DNA of 32,328 nt from an uncultured Methanosarcinales archaeon. Lineage in GTDB: Archaea > Nanobdellota > Nanobdellia > Woesearchaeales > GW2011-AR9. The stretch's first letter is position 1, and each line of letters begins with the position of its first letter. Location of the stretch: positions 1-32,328 of the forward strand of contig CAYFMJ010000009.1 in the NCBI GenBank assembly GCA_964344235.1, read 5' to 3'. Both the position numbers and the translations under genes were made by a program. Below, in pieces: positions 16,994 to 26,448 of this stretch. The notes under the pieces were generated by a model. It worked only from the letters and a program-made list of their open reading frames with translations. It was not told the origin of the DNA and did not search any database.

Positions 16994-17746
16994 ATGGATG
17001 AGACTTTACTGGAGAAGCTAGGGTTAACTAAAGGAGAGATTAAGGTATATCTTGCTCTCAATAAGTTAGGAGAATCAACTATTGGTCCGATTGGTAAAGA
17101 AAGTAAAGTTTCAAAGTCAAAGATGTACGATATTCTTGATAAATTAATTGAAAAAGGGTTAGTTGGATATATTACAAAAGACGGAACAAAATATTTCATG
17201 GCAAATGATCCACACATGATCTTAGAATATATTGAGAGAAAAGAAAGTGAACTGGATAAGACCAAAAAAGAAGTTGTGACGGAGGTTTTACCACAATTAA
17301 TGATGCAAAGAGCATCTGTTTCTAAGAAAAGAGTTGCTGAGATGTACGAAGGATTGAATGGAATCAAAGCAATTAGGGAAGAGTTAATGTTAGATTTCAA
17401 GTCAGGAGATACTCTCCTAGTTCTCGGTGCTCCTAAAATTGCTAACGTTAAGTGGGAAGGATGGTTTCTCGATTTTCATAAAAGAAGAGTCCAACGAAAA
17501 GTCAAGATGAAAATAATTTATAACGCAAATGCTAAAGAATATGGGAAGATCAGGAAAAAGATGAAATTAACAGATGTCCGTTATCTTCCAAATAAGTTAG
17601 TTAGTCCAAACTGGATTGATATTTTCCCTGATGCAGTCTTGTTCGTGATGGTGTTAAAGAATCCAATCGCATTTGTGGTAAGAGATAGTGAACTAGCAAA
17701 TAGTTTTAGGTCGTATTTTGATATTATGTGGAAACATTCTAAATGA
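16994..17746 (+). CDS. TrmB-family transcriptional regulator
   Basis: LEKLGLTKGEIKVYLAL...SKMYDILDKLIEKGLV wHTH followed by a C-terminal effector domain. Confidence 0.9.
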   Translation: MDETLLEKLGLTKGEIKVYLALNKLGESTIGPIGKESKVSKSKMYDILDKLIEKGLVGYITKDGTKYFMANDPHMILEYIERKESELDKTKKEVVTEVLPQLMMQRASVSKKRVAEMYEGLNGIKAIREELMLDFKSGDTLLVLGAPKIANVKWEGWFLDFHKRRVQRKVKMKIIYNANAKEYGKIRKKMKLTDVRYLPNKLVSPNWIDIFPDAVLFVMVLKNPIAFVVRDSELANSFRSYFDIMWKHSK

Positions 17747-17778
17747 ACTTGAAAAACACTTCAAAGGTCTTTCTCTCC

Positions 17779-19167
17779 TTATCTATCAAACCGACCTTCA
17801 TTAAATCTCGTAACTTGATCTAATTCTTCTAAACTTAATTCTGGTGTTATTGGTTTAACGTGCTGAGTAGTATTGCCAGGAAGATCACAAATTTCCAAAA
17901 AGTATTTTGTTGCCAATTCCCTCACTGCACTATTTGGGTGTGTTAATTCTGAAGGAAGTGCTGTGAAATCTAATGACTGAAAAGAATCTGGATTATCTAA
18001 TAAACTTTCAACTGTATAAGCATTATCTGTACTTCTCCAGCCATTATTCCCAGGAATAAAATCTTTTGAAACGTGCGGTCTAGGTACCGCTCCATACTTC
18101 TCAACAACCATTGCAGTGACTTGAAGAGCTGCTTTGAGAGATTCTTCATCGTCTGCTTTAGGATGACCAAACACCATTAATATTTCTGGAGTAATTCCAA
18201 AATCTTCTTTAGCTGATCTGATGGCCTCCAGACATTTCTCCTCTGTATTATGTCCTTTCTTAACTGATGCCCAAACTTCTTTAGTCCATCCGTCAACACC
18301 AAAACCAACGGAATGAAAACCTGCTTTCACTAGCTCTTCAATGCATTCTGGCGTTTTGTCTCTTGCTCTTATATACGAATCTACTGTTGCCAAAGCACGA
18401 AGTTTTATATCAAAATTAGGATTATATTTTTTAACTTCCTGAACAGCATAAGCAAATTGTAGTAATTGCTTCGGTGTTTGAAATACATCCAAATTTGACA
18501 TATAAAAATCCAACCCATCCAGGCCAAAAGATTTCGCTTTTCCAACTAAATAACTTAAGTCATCTTTGATAATCCCTAGATCTCTGTATGACTCCTTGAC
18601 TTTTACCATCTGTCCAGTTTCTGGATCCTTGTAAGTCCTTATAGCTGCACAAAAATCACATGCAAACTTGCATCCTTGAGAAACATACAAAGAAGATTCT
18701 CTGGAAAGATACTCTTCCATTGATTCATCATCTAATTTTTTATAAGCTGGAATAAGAGAAGTTTTTTCCGGTGAAGCTAATGCCCTTTCATGTATGCCTA
18801 AAACACGCGCTAATGTTGAATCGTCATTCCCATTATACGTTGAATCTCCAAATAATCGCTTTAATTGATCTGATGTTAAACCTGAAACAACTTGGCCCCC
18901 AACTAAAAAAGTTTTATCTCCTGATTTTTCCCTAATTTCCTCTTGACGTCTTATTACTTCTGGAATATATGGTGCGCCCAAAAGATTAAATCCAACGTAA
19001 TCTGCTGTAATCTCGGCTGGTTTAATGTTCTCATCATGAAATGTAACATCAACTCCAGTATTCAATAATCGTGCACCAGCAGTTAGTAAAGAAGTTGGTA
19101 GGTAAATATGCCCCTGTCCTTCTTGAGGCGCATAATTATGTCTTGGTTGTATTAGATCTATTTTCAT
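17779..19167 (-). CDS. Radical SAM protein with B12-binding-like N-terminus
   Basis: GCKFACDFC (CxxxCxxC). The N-terminal LIQP...YLPTSLL...GVDVTFHDEN pattern fits cobalamin-binding radical SAM proteins. Confidence 0.85.
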   Translation of the reverse strand: MKIDLIQPRHNYAPQEGQGHIYLPTSLLTAGARLLNTGVDVTFHDENIKPAEITADYVGFNLLGAPYIPEVIRRQEEIREKSGDKTFLVGGQVVSGLTSDQLKRLFGDSTYNGNDDSTLARVLGIHERALASPEKTSLIPAYKKLDDESMEEYLSRESSLYVSQGCKFACDFCAAIRTYKDPETGQMVKVKESYRDLGIIKDDLSYLVGKAKSFGLDGLDFYMSNLDVFQTPKQLLQFAYAVQEVKKYNPNFDIKLRALATVDSYIRARDKTPECIEELVKAGFHSVGFGVDGWTKEVWASVKKGHNTEEKCLEAIRSAKEDFGITPEILMVFGHPKADDEESLKAALQVTAMVVEKYGAVPRPHVSKDFIPGNNGWRSTDNAYTVESLLDNPDSFQSLDFTALPSELTHPNSAVRELATKYFLEICDLPGNTTQHVKPITPELSLEELDQVTRFNEGRFDR

Positions 19168-19262
19168 GACTGTTTTGTAGTAACAGCAATATAATAAACT
19201 TCTTTCTTGTTTTTGACCAATTTATAGAAATATTTATATAAAAATACAATATTTGTGGGTGA

Positions 19263-20243
19263 ATGGGGGAAATAAAGCTAGATTTAACGGATCGGAAGAT
19301 TTTGGCTGAACTAGATAAAAATTGCCGAATTTCCAACTCTGCATTAGCTAAAAAAGTGAGCAAATCTAGAGAATCAGTCAAATATCGTATCCAACAATTA
19401 CAAAAAAGAGGTATAATAGAGAAGTTTATTACTTCAATTAATCCCAACAAATTAGGATTCTATATGTTTAAAGTTTATCTCAAGCTTGAAAACATCCCCG
19501 AAGAAAGAGAAAAGTTTTTTGAAGAATTAAAAGACAATAAAGATATCTACTGGATGGGAATTTCAGACGGTGCTTTTGATTTAGTCTTTGCTATTTTGTC
19601 AAAAAGCATTCCTGAATACTTTGCAAAGATAAACTATCTGCTTTCAAAATGGCAGCACCTTATCGTAAGTAAAATTCTTGGGACAATGGTAGATACCAGA
19701 CAGTATAACAAAAAATTCTTCACAAATGATAAAGACTGCAAACAGGTCACCTTCGGAAGTGATGTTGTAGATAACCAAATAGATAAACTTGATTCTAAAA
19801 TCTTAAACATATTAGCCAACGACGCAAGAATACCTATTGCTGAATTAGCAAGAAAAGTTGATTCAACAATTGAAATTGTCAGAGGAAGAATCAGAAAACT
19901 TGAACAAAAAGAGATCATCCTAACTTACAGAATCGCAGTTGATCTTAACAAATTAGGGCTAGAATTCTTTAAAGCGATAATTTACTTCAGAACGTTATCA
20001 GAAAAAGATGAAAGAGCATTATTTGAGTGGATGAGAAGAGAGCCAAATTCTATCTATTACATTAGAAGTCTTGCTCCTTGGGAGGTAGAATTTGAATTTG
20101 CAGTTGAGAGTTATCAACACTTTAACAAAATCATTAATGATTTAAGACAGCGTTTTCCCCATGTAATTAGAAATTATGAACACTTAATTATGATATATGA
20201 GACTTGGATGCCAGCATACCAAGAAATGTTAAAAGTGGAGTGA
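19263..20243 (+). CDS. Tandem (double) Lrp/AsnC-family regulator
   Basis: Two HTH-RAM units: LDLTDRKILAELDKNCRISNSALAKKV and IDKLDSKILNILANDARIPIAELARKV. Confidence 0.9.
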   Translation: MGEIKLDLTDRKILAELDKNCRISNSALAKKVSKSRESVKYRIQQLQKRGIIEKFITSINPNKLGFYMFKVYLKLENIPEEREKFFEELKDNKDIYWMGISDGAFDLVFAILSKSIPEYFAKINYLLSKWQHLIVSKILGTMVDTRQYNKKFFTNDKDCKQVTFGSDVVDNQIDKLDSKILNILANDARIPIAELARKVDSTIEIVRGRIRKLEQKEIILTYRIAVDLNKLGLEFFKAIIYFRTLSEKDERALFEWMRREPNSIYYIRSLAPWEVEFEFAVESYQHFNKIINDLRQRFPHVIRNYEHLIMIYETWMPAYQEMLKVE

Positions 20244-20273
20244 TTTTTCCCTCACAAAGAATTGAAGCAAGTG

Positions 20274-20416
20274 AATACTTCTAAAGGTACTTTCTAAACT
20301 ACTTTTATCGACGCTAAAACAGAAGATTATTTATACTAGGACGCCCTTATAGACGATAATATGCAGAAGCGTGATAGGGCGCGTTCGTAGGAGCCTCGCC
20401 TTCGGCGGGGGCATTT
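20274..20416 (+). repeat. Intergenic repeat element, intact copy (E1)
   Basis: 20274-20336 matches 22639-22701 at 56/63 nt. The 3' motif GCCT-CGCC..CGGCGGGGGCA.TTT (20393-20416) matches 23834-23858. Confidence 0.75.
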
Positions 20417-20737
20417 ACTTTTCTTTTATAAATTGAGTTACATGCCCCGCTCCGGAACAACACTTCAACTCCCAGTCCCAAAGTGGGCATTTTCCATTCT
20501 TTTATAAAACGAAAAGTAGGGCGCATTACCTGAAGTGCAATGCCCTCGGTTGGGGTGATTGCCTCAATTACTTTTCCCCTCTCCTTCCATGTAATGCTTA
20601 AGAAGAATTAAGAAACCGAAGAAGTACTTTTTTGCTATTTCTTCGCATGGGATTAGTTCCAAGTTGTTTAGTCAAAGATAACGTAAAACTGAAGTTTTAG
20701 AGGGCAATATTTTTATACATCACTCTTAAATGACAAC

Positions 20738-22633
20738 TTGATGGCTAAAAAAGAATCATACGACTTCGACATGAAGCGTAAGTACCATGAAAAGCTAAAA
20801 CGTTTTATAGCTCATGCTCTAAGAAAAGAATTAAAAGACTCCACGCGGAGGAAAAAATTGACAGTAGCCTGCTTTCCGGGCCATGAGGGTCTTGAAATTA
20901 CAAGGGTTTATGACAGCCTTGGAATCCCTAGAGAAAATATTGTTGGAATTGAAGGAGATCCTGAGATTGCAGATGAGATTGCAAGAAGAGATTTTGGCAT
21001 CCAACCCTTCCGTGGTTCAGATTATGAATTTTTAACAACAACAGACACACGTTTTGATATTGTTAACTTAGATTATCAGGGGCATCTCACAAGTGCAGTA
21101 CGTGATAGTTTGGCTGTTCTCTGCGGGAGGCCAGTATTGAATCATAATGCAATTCTTGGGACAAACTTTCTTGGAAAGCGCGAGTCTTCTGCAAAATTAC
21201 ATTACGATTCAATTGGAGGAGTAATTGATCGTGGGGATCTAGTGCGTGACAGTATAGCTCATCTTCTCTCAGGGGAAATGAGTGAAGGAAAAGAAATTCT
21301 AGAAAGGTATCTTAAAACAGATATAAGAGAACCAATGAAAGGGATCCCTTTATCTGAAAAAAGAGACAGGGGTATTACTGGCAACATCTTATTTCATATG
21401 ATTAACGGCCGAGGGAATATTGGTTTACCTATGCCGGTAAGAAAACTTATTGAGGCAGATGTTGAGGGAGAACTTTACAAGCATCCTGCAATTCGGGAGT
21501 TCTTAGACATTTTTGATCAAGAGGGGAATTACGCTGAACGTATGAGAGCTCTAACGGAATCACCATTTTTCATATTAATGCACTTTATTGTTACAAATCA
21601 AATGGAGGTTTGTTTACGTGATATTGGGTTAGACCCCGATGCAGCAACAGAAGCTGCAAAATTAATGATTGCTGACTCAAACAATCCGCTTTTAGCTTCA
21701 AGGGTCTACCGAGGGAGGTACATTGGAGATAATGGATCACCCATGCTCTTTGATTTTTTTCATGTTAAAAAATTTAGGAACGTATTTTGGAGGAAGAAAC
21801 CACAAATTGAGTTTAGTAAAGGATTGCAAGCTGTCGTAACTATGGGCGTAGGTGAATATCGTGATGTAATGGAGGAAGTATACCGGTTTGCTCTTTATAC
21901 AAATAAACTCCACCCGGATGGGAGGAATTGGCCTGAAAGGGAATTTTTAGGAAGCTCTGCTCGTACACGGGCGGGTAAAGCAGAAGGAAGCCAACTAGGT
22001 ACAATAGCTCGCGATGAAGCGTTAGACCTTCTCATGGCGGGCTGTACAGCCGAGGAAATAGCTGAATGTTATGAAGGATTCACCGAAGAGCAATTAGAAA
22101 CAATGCGTGGTGAACTGTCACCAAAGACCCCTTATGTCTCAACACGCGAGGAATTACATGCAGCTCTTGATGCAATGGTTGATGTAATGCCAGATAAAGG
22201 AAGAACAGCCTATGTTACAGAGCGTTTGCAAATTGATCCAAATTTAGGAAACCCCCAGCAATTGATTGCTTGTTGGACACAAGCAAGAAAAAGGGAAAGG
22301 GGTAGCTATAACCCCGAAACAAGAAGATGTAGCGTAGACCATTCCGAAAAACCAATGATCGCCGCCGTTGCAAGAATTTATGGTGATAATGTGGCAAGTG
22401 AATTGTTTGGTGTCTCCGCAAAATCAATCCCTGGCTATAGGGCCCATGAAACAATGAACTCATATCAGGTGCGATATGACGCTTTTGTTGATGACGACTC
22501 TGTCTTCATTGCTCCTGAGCGAGATCAAAGAACTCTTGCAAGTTTAATGCATGTATTAATGAGAGAAAATGGTGGACTAGAAAGAATTCCAGACCATGTT
22601 TTAGCTCATCATAAAATTGAGCAAGTCATCTAA
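20738..22633 (+). CDS. Large hypothetical protein with N-terminal SAM-methyltransferase-like region
   Basis: ACFPGHEGLE...VGIEGD...FDIVNLDYQG is Rossmann/MTase-like; the rest is unrecognised. Confidence 0.7.
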   Translation: MMAKKESYDFDMKRKYHEKLKRFIAHALRKELKDSTRRKKLTVACFPGHEGLEITRVYDSLGIPRENIVGIEGDPEIADEIARRDFGIQPFRGSDYEFLTTTDTRFDIVNLDYQGHLTSAVRDSLAVLCGRPVLNHNAILGTNFLGKRESSAKLHYDSIGGVIDRGDLVRDSIAHLLSGEMSEGKEILERYLKTDIREPMKGIPLSEKRDRGITGNILFHMINGRGNIGLPMPVRKLIEADVEGELYKHPAIREFLDIFDQEGNYAERMRALTESPFFILMHFIVTNQMEVCLRDIGLDPDAATEAAKLMIADSNNPLLASRVYRGRYIGDNGSPMLFDFFHVKKFRNVFWRKKPQIEFSKGLQAVVTMGVGEYRDVMEEVYRFALYTNKLHPDGRNWPEREFLGSSARTRAGKAEGSQLGTIARDEALDLLMAGCTAEEIAECYEGFTEEQLETMRGELSPKTPYVSTREELHAALDAMVDVMPDKGRTAYVTERLQIDPNLGNPQQLIACWTQARKRERGSYNPETRRCSVDHSEKPMIAAVARIYGDNVASELFGVSAKSIPGYRAHETMNSYQVRYDAFVDDDSVFIAPERDQRTLASLMHVLMRENGGLERIPDHVLAHHKIEQVI

Positions 22634-22638
22634 TTTAA

Positions 22639-22707
22639 AATACTCTTAAAAGTACTTTCTAAGACACTTTTATCGACGCTAAAATAGAAGATTATTTATA
22701 CCCTTAG
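22639..22707 (+). repeat. 5' part of the second repeat copy, including the left 22-bp direct repeat (22686-22707)
   Basis: AGAAGATTATTTATACCCTTAG is identical at 22686-22707 and 23752-23773. Confidence 0.8.
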
Positions 22708-22714
22708 AAAACTG

Positions 22715-23750
22715 TTTGGGTGACCACAAATTAATCAAAATGTAGTCACCTAAAAGAAAAGATTTAAATATGTAGTCACCTATTTTAATCTATGCACGTT
22801 GAAAAAAGAGTTGTAAATGGTAAAACTAAGTTTTTTCTTTCACACTCTTACCGCGAAGGCAAGAAGGTCCACAAATTCAGGAAATACCTCGGGCAGGATT
22901 TAAGTTCCAAATTACTCAAGGAACGCAAAACAATTGCTGAAAAATTAATTTTAGAAGAGATTCATAAATACAACATTATTAAAGACCCTTTGCATATAGA
23001 ACTGTCAAAAAAAGATATTGCTTCCATAAAGAAACTTGAAGCTAAAATCCAAGTTCATTATTTGTCTACAGAGCAGTGGGAAAAATTTTCAACGTTATTT
23101 ACATATAACACTAACGCGATTGAGGGAAGTAAATTAAACAAATTAGAAGTAAGGGATCTTCTTGAGAAAGACAAATGGCCAAATAAATCTAAAGAAGACA
23201 TTGCCGAAGCCTATGGTGTGCGTGAAGCAATTAATCTAATCCGTAAGACAAAAGAACATATTTCTCTTGATCTTATCAAAAATATTCACAAGACTATTTT
23301 CAGAAATTCGAAATCATTTGCAGGAAAATTTAGGAAAAAAGGAGAAGAAGTTGCAGTCTTCGATAGTAGAGGTAACGTTGTGCACGAAGGAGCACCACAA
23401 TCTCGTGTTCAACACTTACTTCGTGAGTTAGTTGGATGGTATAATAAGAACCAGAAAAAATATCCGACCTTAGTTTTAGCTGCTGTAGTTCACAATCAAT
23501 TTGAAAATATTCATCCATTTGCTGACGGAAATGGAAGGGTTGGCCGTGTATTACTTAATAATATACTTATTAAACACGATCTACCTCCAGTTAACATAGA
23601 TCTAGAAAGGCGGTTTGAGTATTATGCCTCTTTACAAGAATATCAAAAATTTCAAAATTTACAGCCAACTATTGATCTTCTTATGAAAGAATACAGAATT
23701 CTTCAGCGAAAGATGAGGTGACCACTTTTTCAAAATGGTGGTCACCCAAA
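22715..23750. mobile_element. Putative non-autonomous Fic cassette with 13-bp terminal inverted repeats
   Basis: TTTGGGTGACCAC (22715-22727) and GTGGTCACCCAAA (23738-23750) are perfect reverse complements, lying just inside the 22-bp direct repeats. Confidence 0.55.
22792..23721 (+). CDS. Fic family protein
   Basis: HPFADGNGRVGR Fic motif; YNTNAIEGS. Confidence 0.93.
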   Translation: MHVEKRVVNGKTKFFLSHSYREGKKVHKFRKYLGQDLSSKLLKERKTIAEKLILEEIHKYNIIKDPLHIELSKKDIASIKKLEAKIQVHYLSTEQWEKFSTLFTYNTNAIEGSKLNKLEVRDLLEKDKWPNKSKEDIAEAYGVREAINLIRKTKEHISLDLIKNIHKTIFRNSKSFAGKFRKKGEEVAVFDSRGNVVHEGAPQSRVQHLLRELVGWYNKNQKKYPTLVLAAVVHNQFENIHPFADGNGRVGRVLLNNILIKHDLPPVNIDLERRFEYYASLQEYQKFQNLQPTIDLLMKEYRILQRKMR

Positions 23751-23751
23751 A

Positions 23752-23858
23752 AGAAGATTATTTATACCCTTAGTCCTTATCATCTATAAAAACTACAGAA
23801 TCGCAGAAATTCAATAAGGGATCGCGAATGTTGGCCTGCGCCACGGCGGGGGCACTTT
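23752..23858 (+). repeat. Right 22-bp direct repeat plus 3' part of the second repeat copy
   Basis: 23752-23773 is identical to 22686-22707. CGGCGGGGGCA is exact at 23844-23854 and 20403-20413. Confidence 0.75.
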
Positions 23859-23898
23859 TTCCCAAAAACTATTTAACCTCTGTAATTATTTCTAACAC

Positions 23899-24342
23899 AT
23901 GGACTGTTTATTTTGTAAAATCGTCAATGGAGAGGTGCCAAGCCATAAAGTCTATGAAGATGAAGCCCACATAGCGTTCTTAGACATTAATCCAAACATG
24001 AAAGGGATGACCATAGTTATTCCTAAAAAGCATATCTCCTCGGATATTTTTGATGTACCTGAAAAAGAATACATTTCACTTCTTTGCAAAGCTAAAGAAG
24101 TTGCCAAAATATTAGAGGTTAAGCTACAAGTTAAACGAGTGGCTCTCGTGGCTGAAGGTATGGGTGTAAACCACGTACATATCAAATTGTACCCTCTTCC
24201 CGGCCTCAGCAAAAAATTTACAGAAACGTGGGCAGACAAGACAGTCTTCTTTGAGAAGTATGAAGGATATATTACAACTTTGTTAGGGCCACGAGCTGAA
24301 GATAAGGAGTTGGCCGCCTTAGCCAAAAAGATTAGAGATTAG
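23899..24342 (+). CDS. HIT family protein (HxHxK variant)
   Basis: MDCLFCKIVNGEVPSHKVYED, AFLDINP, VIPKKH, NHVHIKLYP. Confidence 0.9.
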   Translation: MDCLFCKIVNGEVPSHKVYEDEAHIAFLDINPNMKGMTIVIPKKHISSDIFDVPEKEYISLLCKAKEVAKILEVKLQVKRVALVAEGMGVNHVHIKLYPLPGLSKKFTETWADKTVFFEKYEGYITTLLGPRAEDKELAALAKKIRD

Positions 24343-25316
24343 TCTAAGTTGAAGAAACGGATCGCATTCCCAGATAAGATGTCTGAAAGTTCCTGTTTAG
24401 TCATTCCCACTTCTCTCGACACTTCCTTAAGTCTCTCTATTGTGTCCCAATCAAAGGCACTCCAATCAGTTCTATCATAAACATTCCACGCGAAATCTGT
24501 ACAGAAAAGGAGTTTGTCTGCATCTATTGTAGTGAGTGCGTCCCGCAAAATATTGTCTGATGGCTGTGCTAGTCGCATGGGTTCAGCTTGAAGCATCATG
24601 TCGGGACCTAATCCGATTGCTACACTTTCTGAATCGTTTACTTCTCTAATTGCCTGCATATCCATTCGTGCCAAGTGAGCTAGTAAGACACGGTATGGAA
24701 AGTTCCTGTTTACCCAGTCTAGCCATGCACAAGGATTATTCCCTTTGATTAAATGATGGAGGTATTGGGGAATTCTTGAATCTTGAAAGTCAGAGTTAAG
24801 CCAGTCCGTATGAACAAAGAGTGGTTTTCTAAAGTCTCGTGTAAGGGAGGCAATGTAGGCTGGAACCTCCTCTGGGGTAACATGTGAAGCCAAACCGTTA
24901 ATTTTCAAACCAACAGTTTCAGGTTGCCCAACTAACGATGAGACTTCTTCTTCTGTGTCCAGTACTGGGTGCACTTTAGGGATGAAATAATATTTAATGG
25001 TTGAAGATTGGTTCAATCTTCTTACCTCAGAAAGAACGTATCTGTTCATAGTTGCATAAGGATTTCTGGGATTAACTTCAACATCATCCTTGTCGCCTCT
25101 TCTTATAAGCCTCTTGTAAACAACTCCTCCGGGTGTTTCCTCCCATATACAGGACACTTCTGTAAAATCTTCAACCTGAATTTTATGTGTTAATGTCGGA
25201 ATTATTATACTTCGCGTAATACCTATTTGGCGAGCTTGTTGATCGTAGTAATCAATGTCACTCTCGGGTCCAAAATAGGATTCGCCTAAATTAACTTGTA
25301 TATCAACAATCTCCAT
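24339..25316 (-). CDS. Amidohydrolase-2-like TIM-barrel protein
   Basis: Start at ATG 25316 (MEIVDIQVNLG), 1 nt after the upstream stop. LFVHTD, LAHLAR, LLFCTDFAW and ILSGNAIRFF motifs; the N-terminal HxH appears as QxN. Confidence 0.75.
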   Translation of the reverse strand: MEIVDIQVNLGESYFGPESDIDYYDQQARQIGITRSIIIPTLTHKIQVEDFTEVSCIWEETPGGVVYKRLIRRGDKDDVEVNPRNPYATMNRYVLSEVRRLNQSSTIKYYFIPKVHPVLDTEEEVSSLVGQPETVGLKINGLASHVTPEEVPAYIASLTRDFRKPLFVHTDWLNSDFQDSRIPQYLHHLIKGNNPCAWLDWVNRNFPYRVLLAHLARMDMQAIREVNDSESVAIGLGPDMMLQAEPMRLAQPSDNILRDALTTIDADKLLFCTDFAWNVYDRTDWSAFDWDTIERLKEVSREVGMTKQELSDILSGNAIRFFNLD

Positions 25317-25317
25317 T

Positions 25318-26448
25318 TTATGGTTGTAGCGTTGTATGAATACGCGGGAAAAGACTTGCAGAATAGATAAAAGGCATCTCCAAAAGACCTTGAACCAAGC
25401 GTTCCCACCCCATACCAAATCCCGAAGTAGATTCATAGTCGTCAAACTTTCTTGATTGCAAATAGGGTGCATAGTCCTCTCGAGGAAGATTAAAGATTTC
25501 GGCTTTCACTCCAAGTTCTTCAACAGATCTTACTCTGTGGCCACTTCCAACAGTTTCTCTATAACCCGGCCAGATAATATCACAATTGTCTGCAACTGCG
25601 GGCACTGATCCATCTTTGACAGCATGATAGAATGGAACTTCAAGAAGAGGCATTTCAGAGACTCCGATAATTCCACCAACAATCTCTGTAAGCCTAACTT
25701 CTTCCCATGATCCAAAATGTTTTAATGTAAATTCTTTGTATCTCTCATCTCCTGTGTCTTCATACAATAATTCTAAAGCTTCTGCAAGAGACACAATTGG
25801 TAGTGGCCCTGCAAACATGTCCCTCAGGTGTTGAATTTTTCTTTGGCCAATAAAGAACTCTAAATCGTCACCATTGTGCTTAATTATATCGCTAACAATT
25901 CTCCGAAGTAGTCCATATGCTATTTCTACATTCTTAGCTTGAGGAACTTTTCCCTCGTATTCCACATGATGAAACTCTGAGAGGTGGGTTGGGTCAGCCT
26001 CTTCTTTTCTGAATGAATGATAATTCGCATAAACATGATCAACTCCGCTTTGCAAGAGAGCTAACTCTAGGTAAATCTGTGATGATTCCGCAAGGAATGC
26101 TTCTCGTGGAAGGTCAAACCAGGAAAGTTTTACTGGACATGTATCAGTTGTATAATCAATTGCTTCTCTTCCATAAACTGCTCCGGGAGAAGAAATCATA
26201 CGAGTTGTTAATGGAACGGGCATAAATAAAGCTCCAAGAGCAGCAAAATATTGGCCAACAGCCATGTTAATCCTATCATTAATTCTTGAGATCCTCGCCC
26301 ACATCTCGTCGTTGTGTATACTTGTGACTCTTTGTTCAATTTCAGAGGTCCCTAATCCAACAGACGTTACATCAGTAATAGGAGAAAATAACCTGTTGCC
26401 CTTAAAATCAATCGTTCTGTTGGCCGAAGCAGTGTAAGGTCCTAACAT
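25318..26448 (-). CDS. AsnRS-like class II synthetase catalytic-core paralog lacking the OB-fold anticodon domain (archaeal asparagine synthetase A-like)
   Basis: FLAESSQIYLE, SFRKE...HLSEFHHVEYE (motif 2), ETVGSGHR, GFGMGWERL...FPR (motif 3). No RGWV OB-fold N-terminus. Confidence 0.8.
   Translation of the reverse strand: MLGPYTASANRTIDFKGNRLFSPITDVTSVGLGTSEIEQRVTSIHNDEMWARISRINDRINMAVGQYFAALGALFMPVPLTTRMISSPGAVYGREAIDYTTDTCPVKLSWFDLPREAFLAESSQIYLELALLQSGVDHVYANYHSFRKEEADPTHLSEFHHVEYEGKVPQAKNVEIAYGLLRRIVSDIIKHNGDDLEFFIGQRKIQHLRDMFAGPLPIVSLAEALELLYEDTGDERYKEFTLKHFGSWEEVRLTEIVGGIIGVSEMPLLEVPFYHAVKDGSVPAVADNCDIIWPGYRETVGSGHRVRSVEELGVKAEIFNLPREDYAPYLQSRKFDDYESTSGFGMGWERLVQGLLEMPFIYSASLFPRIHTTLQP

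Noticed and set aside
20274-23773. Direct repeats as a CRISPR array
   Set aside because: There are only 2-3 copies, separated by 1-2.3 kb of coding sequence rather than 30-40-nt spacers, and no cas genes.
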